64,000 bases of DNA from Octopus sinensis (taxonomy: Eukaryota), in NCBI RefSeq assembly GCF_006345805.1, contig NC_043010.1:19654001-19718000 (forward strand). The letters are read 5' to 3'. Shown one piece after another: positions 39,601 to 51,357 of this stretch. A program made the translations under genes and the position numbers. The notes below the pieces were generated by a model that had not been told where the DNA came from, did no database searches, and saw only the letters and a list, made by a program, of their open reading frames with translations. Position 1 is the first letter of the stretch, and the number at the start of each line of letters is the position of its first letter.

Positions 39601-40570
39601 CTAAATTAAAACTACATTATATATATATATATATATATATGTAGTATTTATCACATCCACCAAACTCTCCTACTACTTATAATAATGTTTTCATACTAAC
39701 ACACCCTTTCTTGCACTCTTGAATATTACTAAATATACTATTTGTATATATATATATATATGTAGATAGGTAGATATATGTATACACACATTTCTACACC
39801 CATGGTTCAATATCCGTCAGAGAATATCACATTTCTTTCTTTCAAATCGTTATGTTTACATACATATATATAAATATATCTGTTAATATTGATTTACAAA
39901 AATGCCTCAAATGTGTGTGTATGTTATATATATATATATATTATATAACATATATGTACATATATGTATATACACATATGCACACGCACTCTGTCGTAGA
40001 TGTAGAAGTATAAAACGCGATTGAGTTCTTTTTCATTGAAACAACTTTATTGTTCACGTTATTTTCAGTCTACAAACATGGTAGCAACAAATTTGACTCT
40101 CCTTATTATTTAATATATATACACACACTATTCGTGCTGAATAAATATAACGTTATCTTACATTTGAAATATTCACCATATACAGTGTATAGACACTCAT
40201 TAACATACATGTATACATATGTGTGTATATATCATATATATGTATCTGTTGTGAGTGAAACGCTATAGTTGTATCATGTATGATATGAAGATAGTTCACA
40301 TAAAACTAAGATATCAAACTGTAATATTTACTTTTCAACGTCTGAGAAATATTAATGCATGTGGTTAGTAAAATGTAAATTTAAAATATAAACGTTAGTT
40401 GTTGTAGGTGTATTATGAAACACTAATTATACAGAAGTCAATACTTTTAAGGGGTGTTTTTTAATTCCCTTTGGAGTGAAAGAAGCACCTTTAACCAATA
40501 TTTCTCTTGTAAAGCACTCCAATTGCTGTGAGCAATCTATTGTTTGTGAGTCGTCATATCTAGAAAGCCA

Positions 40571-40614
<44 letters not shown>

Positions 40615-40909
40615 ATATATACACACACACCTATATAGCAATTAAAGTATTTCATATAATGTATGTGTAAAATCAATTTAGTGAGCTAATAAATGAATGT
40701 ATATTTGAGCAGTGACATCAAGGTTTCAATCCTGACTCATAATTCATTTAAATTGTGACAAAATATATTTTACTGTTATTTTATTAACACAAACCACACA
40801 AAAAGAATTCTGTTAGTGATTGATGTAATTAAGATTGTGGGGGTTTAACTTCATTTCACTACATTAATGGTAATCTGGAACAAACTATTAATCTTATTAT
40901 TATCATGGA

Positions 40910-41118
40910 CTAGGGCTTTGGGAAAAAATGCTCTGCAAGTATCTCTTCCAGTTCCTTGCATTCTGAGATCAAATCTTGTGGCAGGTGGTGTCAGTTGACT
41001 TCAACTTTCATCCTTCCAAGATCAATCAAATTAAGTACCAGTCATGTACTGGGGGATCCATCAAAACAAAGAAAAGGTTATGGCATTGTGTGCCTATATT
41101 TTAGAAAACTATTATTAT
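40910..41118 (+). mobile_element. Degenerate SINE family B
   Basis: ACTTTCATCC...TTAAGTACCAG core and ATT tail. Confidence 0.55.
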
Positions 41119-42561
41119 TGCTTTTTCCCCCGTCAGAACAACTGGAAACGACTTGGCCAACCTTTTGTTCGTCACTCATCCGTCCGTCCACCCGTCTCTT
41201 CTTCCACCTCAACAGGGTTTTAACCAACCAACAAGACATTGGCAGAAGTTTTGAAATTGAAGAAATAAAAAAGAAGAAATTTCAAAAAAAGAAACATCTA
41301 AATGTTTTAAAATGTAAACTAAAGTCCAGCGGAACTTAGTAGCTGAGTGTGAGATAGAGACTCTAGACAGACACTCATCCTACTGCTGCTGAGGCAGTAG
41401 ACTACTGCTTCCATATTGTTGTCATCACTGAAGCAGCAGAACTCTGCTGCTTCTATTTGGTACCATATGTTGCATCCACTGCATGTTTATATATACAAGT
41501 GCGTGTATATATATACATACATGTATATGCACATTTGTATATTTCTTGCATTACAATGCAACAAAATAAAAGAGAAAAAAACAAAAAAAAACAAGAACTC
41601 AATTGTGTAGAGAAGAAACTGTTTTGTTTGTTTTTATTTTATAATTATTTTTGTTTTGCTTTATTTTTTCTTTTGGTTTTCTTGTTGATGTTCGATTTCA
41701 GGTTCCACCCCCTTCACCACCTCCTTAGAACTCCCACGACTTTACATTTTTCATGGCAGCATCAGTATATCTGTTGCAGAAACAAATCATTACCAGTCAC
41801 CTTGGATTCACAGAATCAGTGGAGCAGTGAACAGAATGCCATGTGGTGTTTAGTTATCATGAGTTCAGATCCCACTATCGGCTGCTTTGATGCAAATTTG
41901 TGGTTCTCTGCTTGTTAGAAATCCTTATTTCAAAAGCCCTAAAATAACGACTTCCTGCAGTAGTGGTGGTCAGATGATGTGCCTCCGAATAGCATCTTGT
42001 AAGAATGTGAATTTCATAGAAATTAAATTTTGATCTATGCATATTTGGATAAAAGGCCACATTCTGGAATAGCCAAATAAAGAAGATCAATAATTGATCA
42101 GACAGTATCGGAACTGGATATTTCCTTGGTATTATTGATCAGCCCAAGCATTAACAATGTCTTATTTGTGTCTCTTCACTCTGAGAAAAGACAAGATTAC
42201 AAAACATTGAATTCCTTTCTTCGCATGGCCATTCTGCAGAATTCTCAAACTCTCCTCCTGTCAACAAATTCTTGCTAAAGAAGACAATTCCTACTTACCT
42301 GGGATTCCAAAGTTCACCATAAGTTTTGAAAGTAACAACAGTCCTAACGAATATTGGAAGACAAGTCAAGGAGCTATGAGCAAAATGCAAGGCTGGTACA
42401 ATTGTCGGGTACAATAAAACCAGCCCTACATCTTTCAGAGCAGTGGTCCCCAATTTTTTTCGCATCCCAAACTAATTCCATGCAAGACAATTTTTCCACA
42501 AACCAAAGGATCACGTACGTAACACACAATAAAGTGCATAAGATATAATTACATATATATC

Positions 42562-42768
42562 GGTTTTAAATTCTGGCACAAGGCAAGCAATTTTGGTGGG
42601 AGAGGTTAAGTCAATTACACTGACCCCAGTGTTCAACTGGTACTTACTTTATCAACCCCAAAAGGGTGAAAGGCAAAGTCGATCTCATTGGGATTTGAAC
42701 TCAAAACAGTTGAAATGCTGCTAAGCTTTTTACCCAGCATGCTAACAATTCTACCAGCTTACCACCTT
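42562..42768 (-). mobile_element. SINE family B
   Basis: Reverse core CTGGTACTT...GAAAGGCAAAGTCGA. Confidence 0.7.
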
Positions 42769-43634
42769 ATATCATATATTTTACATATAAAATGCAAAAA
42801 TATCCTGTAAACCACAACGGTCATTAAAATAGAAATGAAATTTTGAAAATTATTCTTTCTGTGCAGCCTGGTGGTTGGTAAGTCCGATGATAAGAGATTA
42901 AGCAGCAGTCTGTAAGAAGACGTGTCTTTTGATGACCCAATAAATAAGCAGTCACATCCCTTTATCTTCAAATCCTACTGACCTCATCATGCTTGTCCTT
43001 CAGGATGAATTAAGTACCAGTAATTCACTGAGTTTGATTCAACTGACTACATCTTTCCTCGATGTATGTTGCCATGAGGTGGAAGATGACACCTGTATTT
43101 AAAGTACCAGTCATATACTGGGGGACGGGGGTCGATGATATCAGCAACCCCACACACACCTTCCTAAAATTAATGGCCCTGTACCATAATTTGAAACTGT
43201 TATTCCTGTTGTTGTTGTTGTTGTTGTTGTTAGCATGTTAGACCGAGTTCTTTGTGGCATTTCTTCTGATGTTATGTTTTGAGTTCAGTTTCTGTTGAGG
43301 TCATCTTTACCTTTCATCCTTTCAGGGTTGATAAAATAAATACCAGTTAAATACTGGGGGTCGATGTAATCAACTAGCTCCCTCTCCTAACATTTCAGGC
43401 CTTGTGCTTTTAGTAGAAAGGATTATTGTTATTATTATGTCTGGCCAACAAGGAGAGGGATTCTGTGATGGTAAAAGAAGACACTTCCTCAGGTATCAAT
43501 CACTAACATCTATACAGCTTGATTCAACATCTTGGGGATCGATTTGAGAGGCGCAAAATATGTCATGATTGTATCCAAACATTTTGAGTTGAAGAAGCAG
43601 AACAGTAAAGCTTTTATATTCTGTAACTTCCGTT

Positions 43635-44510
43635 ATCTAAGTGACCAAGATAAGGTGGATGCTCTGAGAGCATAGCTGTGAAAATAAGATTAGGCTGGGC
43701 AAAGTTCAGAGAGCTCCTACCCCAGCTGGCAACAAAGGGCCTCTCTCTCAGAGTGAAAGGCAGATTGTATGATGCTTGTGTGCAAACAGCCATGCTACAT
43801 GGCAGTGAAACATGGGCTATGACAGCCAAGGACATGTGTAGGCTTGAAAGAAATGAAAACAGTATGCTTTGTGGGATGTATAATGTCAGTGTGCATGTTC
43901 AACAGTGTAAGCATCTTGAGAGGAAAGCTGGGCATAAGAGGCATCAGATGTGGTGTGCAAGAGAGACGACTGCACTGTTATGGTCATGTGATGCATATTG
44001 ATGAGGACAGCTGTGTAAAGAAGTGCCGATCTCTAACTGTGAAGGGAACATGTAGAGGTAGACCCAGGAAGAAGGTGGTGAAGCATGATCTTTGAACTTT
44101 CAACCTCACAGAGGCAATGACAAGTGACCGAGACCTTTGGTCATGTGCTGCTGTGTTTGAAAGGACCCATCAAGCCAAGTGCACCTATGCTACTGGCACA
44201 TAAAGAACACCTTTTGAGCGTTGGGCCTCACAGAGGCAATGACCGAGACCTTTGGCATTATGTCATGCTTGAGAAGAAGACCCATCAAGCCAAGCAAAAT
44301 CACAGTCATGGCAGATACCGGTGTCACACAAATTGGCACCTCTACTGGTGGCATGTAAAAGCACCCCCAATGTCATGCAATTGTAGTTGGCATTAGGAAG
44401 GACATCCAGCTTTAGAAAACCATGCCAAATCAGACTGGAGTCTGGTGCAGCCTTCCAGCATGCTAGTCCAGTCAAACCATCCAACCCATGTCAACATGGA
44501 CAACATGACT
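43635..44510 (+). mobile_element. RTE LINE 3' fragment (post-RT region and tail)
   Basis: IRLGWAKFRELLPQL...KGRLYDACVQTAMLHGSETW...RRLHCYGHV...RGRPRK. Confidence 0.9.
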
Positions 44511-44769
44511 GAGTACCTACGTCAGAAAATATAATCACTAACAAAATACAGTGGCTGATGTATGAATCCATTCCCCCATCACATCACAATACTAGAATTA
44601 TACTTATGATAGAACACATCATTAAGGATCTGCCCTTTGTAGACTTATTGATGTTGTCATAGATGGCATGGATTAACTGATTGGGAGAGCGACAGACAAA
44701 ATTCCATGTGGTATTTAGCTATGTCTGATTGACGTTGTGAATACAAGAGCTGAATCATCGTCACCATAT

Positions 44770-45187
44770 CTCTCTCATTAGCACTCTCTTTATTTTATCT
44801 TACTCTCTCACTCGGTCGTCTTTTTCTCCAACTGGAGTATCCATGTATCTACAGCAAGACACCTATGTCCGTCCCTCTACACCTTTAATCTCTCAACTGG
44901 CACAAAGCAACCCCACCAATACTACGCCCCAATTCTATTAGAGGGGGTGTTTTTACTTTTTTCTTTTTGACATACATGGTACTTGATGCCACATGTGGTG
45001 CTGGTATCACATACAAAGCACTGGAGCTGGTGCCACATAAATAGCACCTAGTCCATTCTATAAAGTGGTTGTCATTAGGAAGCTATATAAACCCTGCCAA
45101 AACAGACGATGGAGTCTGGTATGCTTCCTGGTCTTGTCAGCTCCTGTTAAACCATCCATGGAAAACGGACGTTGATGATGATGATGG
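44770..45187 (+). mobile_element. RTE 3' UTR fragment (CT-rich block and GAT tail)
   Basis: Similar to 50900-51357; ends CGGACGTTGATGATGATGATG. Confidence 0.6.
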
Positions 45188-45719
45188 AAATCAAGCAGCA
45201 GCAAAGAGCCTGGATGAGGGACTGACGTAACCAACTTATATCCCTAGAAATCTTTATTTTGAATAGATCATTTCTGAAATAATGACCCTCAATAGTTGCC
45301 AGTTGGATAATGTTCTTCCAGACTGTGTTGTAAGGGTGGGGAATTAATAGAAATTAGGTCTAATCTATGAATATTTGGCTAAAGACCACCCTTTGAAATA
45401 ACTGAGCAAAGGTCAATTATTGATCAACAAATATTGGAATTGGATATTTCCTTGGTGATATTGATCTTCAGTAAATTTCTGCATTTAACTAAATTTAGAA
45501 ATGATTTATCAATGAATTTCCTGCTGAGACATTCCACATGAAACCAATATTAGAGATTGTGTGGAACAAATTTGAGGAGAACAGCAGAAGAGGTTCTTGT
45601 TCACACGGATGTTCAGTAAGGTGTCAAGCAATGTTTCCAATTATAATCTGATAGTCACTAATTGATCAGGTCTATATATTGCAACAGAAATACAAGACAT
45701 TGAAACACGTAAGTTTCAC

Positions 45720-47020
45720 AATCATCATGATCATTTAACGTCTGCTTTCCATACTGGCATGGGTTGGATGGTTTGACTGAAAACAGGTAAGCCAGGGAGC
45801 TGCACCAAGTTCTGATCTGATTTGGCAAGATTTCTACAGCTGGATGCCAACCACTCCAAGAGTGTAGTGGGTGTTTTTTTACATGCTGCCAGCACGGGTA
45901 CCATTGGCCTGACACTGGCATCAGCCATGACCATGGTCTCACTTGGCTTGACAAGTCTACACAAGCACAGTATATCACCAAAGGTCTTGGTCCCCTGTCA
46001 CTGCCTCCATGAGGGCCAACACTTGAATGGAGCTTTATATGTGCCACTGACACAGGTGCCAGTCAGATGGCACTGGCATTGGCCATCACTATGATTTCAC
46101 TCAGCTCGACAGGTCATCACAAGCACAGCATATCACCCAACATTTGATGGGTTCTTTTAACAGGTGAGATACGCCTTGGCCATGACTATGATCTGACGAG
46201 GTTTGACAGGTCTTCTTAAGCACAACATATTACCAAAGATCTCGATCGCTTGTCATTGCCTCTGTAAGGCCCAGCATTTGAAGATCATGCTTCACCACTT
46301 CAACCCATGTCTTCCTGTGTCTACCTCCACAGGTTCCCTCCATCATTAGAGTGTGACACTTCTTCACACAGCTGTCCTCATCCATACGCATCACATGACC
46401 ATACCAGTGCAGCCATCACTCTTACACACCACATCTGGTGTCTCTTATGTCCAACTTTTCTCTCAGAACGTTTACACTCTGTTATGTATGCACACTGACA
46501 TTACACATCCAGCGGATCATACTAGCTTCATTTCTTTCAAGCCTACACATGTCCTCAGCAGCCACAGCCTATGTTCCACTGCTATGTAGCATGGCTGTTT
46601 GCACATAGACATCATACAATCTGCCTTTCACTGTGAGCAAGAGGCCCTTTGTTACCAGCAGAGGTAACTCTCTGAACTTCACATAGCCTATTCTTATTCA
46701 AGCAGCTATGCTCTTGGTGCATCCACCCCGCTACTGACTTGGTCACCAACGTAATGGAAGCTATCGACTATTTCTAGTTTTCCTCACTGGCATCTGATGG
46801 AATCTATTTTCTACACATTTTTAGTGTTATTTGTACTGAGCATCTTCCACACACAAAAGCTATTTTCCCTGTTAACCTTTCTCTGATATTGCTGCACCTC
46901 TCATGTGTCCATAGCTTATATTGTGTACATCTCATGGAGTTTCTACCTAAGCCTTTTCAACAGATCAAGCAGGGTCATCTACCTGAAGGGATTTGTTATT
47001 TGTCTGTTTTCCTATTTACA
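45720..47020 (-). mobile_element. RTE LINE 3' fragment including the PHD-like finger
   Basis: Minus strand PCLIC.KGLGRNSMRCTQYKLWTHERCS...FVCGRC, then the same C-terminus and tail as 43635-44510. Confidence 0.85.
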
Positions 47021-47029
47021 ATTACAGAA

Positions 47030-47694
47030 GTACTAACAAAATTACACGACAAAGTGATTACAGGAATGAAGAGACATGTTCCACAAGAGGGCAGCTATAA
47101 AACATTGAGAGGAAAAAACCTACAAAATGAAGTAATTTTGAATACAGGGGTAGAAAGACAGCACCAGAAATTAATAATGGGAATACAAGAGTACTAAGAC
47201 TGCTCCCTGAAGTTAGTAATTTGGAAAACATGAGCAGGGTATGTCTGTTCTAAAGGTTTATCAATTTGGAATACATGAATAGAAAGACTGCCCCACAAGA
47301 TTAGTCATTTAGAATGGACGAGTAATACAACTGTCCAACATGGCTGTTAATTTGGAAAGCAGGAGTAGTAAGACTGTTCCAAAAGTCAGTAATTTGGAAT
47401 AGAGCAGAGGTAAGGTTGCTCCACAAGGTTCCAAATGAGGTAAAAAAATGCAGTAAGACAGTTCCACAACTTTGATAATTTAGGGTAAAGGTTGGGGTAA
47501 GAATGTTCAACAAGACGAATGCAGGAGTAGCAAGAATGTTCAAGAGTAGTAACAAATGATTAGTAATTGGAATACAAGAAGATTAAAACTGATGAACAAT
47601 ATTAGCAATTTCAAATAGAAGAATAAAACTGATTAAGAAGATTAGTAATTTGGAATACAAGAAGAGTAAAACTGATCCACAAGGTTAGTAGTCT
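47030..47694 (+). repeat. Degenerate left arm of the 43-bp minisatellite
   Basis: Recurrent TTAGTAATTTGGAATACAAGAAGAGTAAAACTG units. Confidence 0.75.
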
Positions 47695-48706
47695 GTTTAT
47701 GACTTTGGTCCTAAGAAGGAGGTAGGAACAAGGCTGCTGGAATTCTGTGATGCACCATTAACTTCAGAAAACCAGCCAATCACCTAATCACTTAGCAGTC
47801 TGATGGGCACAAAAGCTAGATCGATTACCTCCTCACCAAGCAAGGAGATAGACAGATGCAAAATCTTTTCCAGGGGAAGATCATACACCCCAACATAGGC
47901 TGCTAGTCAGTGACTTCAGTATGAGGTCTTGAAAGACTTGGAGAAGTAAATCACACTGGAAATGAAGATTATGGAAGTTCAAAGACCCAGTAAACCATCA
48001 GAAATTTAGAGAAATTCTAATGGTAACTTCTGATGAAAGAGGAAGAGATAGGGACATATGGCTTAGAGAACTATCAGATGTTCCTGTGGGACCATCCACT
48101 GAGAACTGCTGAGCAAATCTGTGGCTGGTGAAAAGTCCCAGCGAGGCCAAGGGTATGATGGTGAGTCAAGTAGGTGGACAATGCCATAAAAGCAAAGAGA
48201 CAGACCTGGAAAAATGGTGGGAGCAGAGAATGATATCAGGTAGCCAGAAGGGAAGCTAGACGACAGGTTTACATTGCAAAAGGTAAGAGATTTGCCAATA
48301 TTTTACAGGATCAGGATCGGAGGCATAAGGTGGTCAGGATTGCAAAGTAGTGTGTCAGTGAGAATTGAGATGTGGGTGAGAAATGTGTGTGAATGGATAA
48401 TGGTATGCTTGCACTTTGTATCTCAGAGAAGAAAGATGCATGGAAGTGCCACTATGAAAGGTTACTAAATGTGGAAAAGGGGAGACTTTCAAATATTGAA
48501 CCAATTGAGTGACCAACCATCAGAGTTGATAGCAGTATAATAGATAAGGCAATTAAGGATATGAAGACAAGGAAAGCCCCAGGACCATCGGGTATCACTG
48601 GTGAAATGATAAAAATCTCCGGCAGTATGGGATACAGCCTAGTCACCCAGATAGTTAGTCAGGTTATTCAGGAAGGGGTCATCCTTAATGTGCATGTACT
48701 ATATAT

Positions 48707-48742
<36 letters not shown>

Positions 48743-51357
48743 CTATGTGCAGTAGTATTATACAAAGGTACAGGTATTATACAAAGGCTGCTACAAAGGT
48801 AAAGGTGATGCCTTAGATAGAAACCACTCCAGGGGTATCAAACTACTGGACCAGGTCATGAAAGTTACCAAGAGAGTTATAGCTTTCAACTGATTAGAAA
48901 TAGAATTAAACTAGATGAGATGCAGTTTGGTTTTGTACCTGGGAAGAGTACCACTGATGCCATCTTTCTAGTGAGGCAGTTTCAGGAAGAGTTTTTGGCC
49001 ATTGTACTTAGCTTTGTATTTAGCTTTCATTGAGCTGGAGAAAGCTTTCAACAGAGTCTCATGTTCTGTTATATGGTGGTCTCTAAGGAAGCTAGGTGTA
49101 GAGGAGTAGCTTGTTAGAGCTGTACAAGCCATTTACACAGGTGTTATCAGTAAGGTGAGAGGAGTCGGCCATGGATACAGTGATGAATTGAGCTTACAGG
49201 TAGGGGTTCACAAGGGCTCAGTTCTCAGTTCACTCCTATTCATTATAGTCCTTCAGGCCATAACAGAGGAATTCAAAACTGGATGCCCATGGGAACTATT
49301 ATACACTGATGACCTCACTCTTATTGCAGAATCTGTAATGGAATTGGAGAAGAAATTCTAGGTGTGGAAGCAAAATCCAGAATCAAAGGGCTTTAAAATT
49401 AACCAAGCTAAAACCAAAGTCGTTGTTAGCAAGAGAGCAGATAAGACTCCATTTCTGTCAAACAAATGGCACTTGCTCAATTCGTAGGAAAGGAAGTAAT
49501 TCCATTTGCTGCACCAAATGTGAGCTATGGACACACAAGAGATGCAGTGGAATCACAGGTAGATTAAGAGATAAAGTTGTCTTTGTATGTGGCAGATGTG
49601 AAGGAACAATAATCACTAAGAGCACATGGAGGAGATTATACTCTGTCAAATGCCCAGGAGGCTCTCTTCATGGAGTAGATAGTTTCTGTTGCCTAGGTGA
49701 CCAGATTAGCAATTATGATGGATGCTCTGAAAGTATTGTTTCTAGAATACAAACAGGCTGGAGAAAGTTGAGAGAGCTCCTACCTGTGTTGGTGACAAAA
49801 GGTAGATTGTATGATGCTTGAGTACAAATGTACTCCATGTCCTCTGAATGCAGCGGACATGCATAGACTGGAGAGGAATGAAAGCAGTTTGCTCCACTGG
49901 ATGTGCAGCATCAATGTGCATGAACGACAAAGCACAAATGTATTGAGAGAAAAGTTGAGCACAAGAGGATCAAATGCAGGAAAGAAGACTACGTTGATTT
50001 GGACATGTGGATGAAGACAGCTGTATAAAGAAGTGGTGGTCATTGGAAGTAGATGGCACTTGTGGAAGAGGGAGATCGAGGACGATGTGGGATGAAGTGG
50101 TGAGGACCAATCTCAGGATGTTGGGGCTCACGGAGGAAATGACAATGGACTGAGGTGTCTGGCAATATGAGGTTCTCGAGAATACCCACCCACATCAGTG
50201 AAACTGGGTTCTGGAAGCATTGTGTTCCACCCACACAAAACAATAAAATTTTCACACCCAAACAAACTCGACCCCCCCTCCTCTGCCAAGTTGTTTCTCT
50301 TCTTCATACACTTTGGTTATTTTCCACCCTTGAATCCAGTCTTCCCTACCCTGCTGCTCATTGGGTTTGTTGCATCCCCTCCCCCTCTGTACCCAGATTC
50401 TCACCAGTCACAGCATTCTTCACCCCCACTCACTACTCATTGGCAATATCCTACCAGTACCTACCACCATTCATTCCATTCTTCCTTATTCTACCATCCC
50501 ATCTATGCTCTGACCCCTGTTCCTTGTGAGTATACCTCAGCACTTACTGCCATCCTGCTCCTGCTGTCTCCTACTCTCTCTCTATTTCCCTTGCTCTTCT
50601 CCTCTAAAACAACAAATCTGTTTCTGTCCTCATTCTTGATCACTCTCTCTCTCACTCTCTCTCCCTCATCCTTTTGCTTTTACCTCTGGCTAAGTAACCA
50701 TGTCCCTCCTCTTCAGCAACACTCCTCTTTCTTGTTCACTCCTCCTGTCTCTGGAGGTAACCATGTCCCTCCTATTCAGCAGCACAACTGATTCTGCCCT
50801 CATTCTTGTTGACACTTGCTCTCTTCCCTTCCTCTCTCTCTCTCCTCCCCCTCTCTTCCCCTCCCTCTCTTCTCCTTCCTCTCTTCCTCTCCCACTCTTC
50901 CTCTCCCTCTCTACCTCTTTCTCACTGGGTAACCATGTAACTCTTCTGCAGCAAGAGATCTGTTTCTCTCTCTCTCTCTCTTTATCTCTCTAACCTTTCA
51001 TCATCTAAAACAAGATCACCTCCTCCAATGCCCCTCTCTCCTCTCAAAGATTCTCTGTCTTGCAAAGTCACTTGGTGCCCCCCCCCCACCTACCAGTGCA
51101 GGTGCCACTTAAAAAGCACCTAGTACACGCTGTAAAGTGGCTGGCATTTAGAAGGGCATCCAGCTGTAAAAAAGTATGCTGAAACTGACCTTGCCGGTGC
51201 AAGTGCGATGCAAAAGGAATGCAGCCCTTTCCATGGAGTGGTTAGAGTTAGAAAGAGCATTCAACTGTAAAAAAAGGGCCAAAACAGACATAGAAGCATG
51301 TGGCAGGCTCCTGCCTGGCCAGCATGGAAGTAGGACATTAAACAATGAGGATGATTA
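47695..51357 (+). mobile_element. 5'-truncated, decayed RTE LINE: end of APE, RT, PHD-like finger, C-terminus, CT-rich 3' UTR and tail
   Basis: RLLEFCD, IDYLL, QHRLLVSDF (APE); KAPGPSGI, YKGKGD, QFGFVPGKSTTDAIF, GVHKGSVLS.LLF, LLYTDDL (RT); multiple stops and frameshifts; TA insert near 48700. Confidence 0.92.

Noticed and set aside
47585-47610. CTGATGA in degenerate satellite units as a satellite hammerhead
   Set aside because: No GAAA box or helices, and the motif is absent from the homogeneous core.
50198-50993. 197-aa and neighbouring L/S/P-rich ORFs
   Set aside because: CT-rich RTE 3' UTR low complexity.
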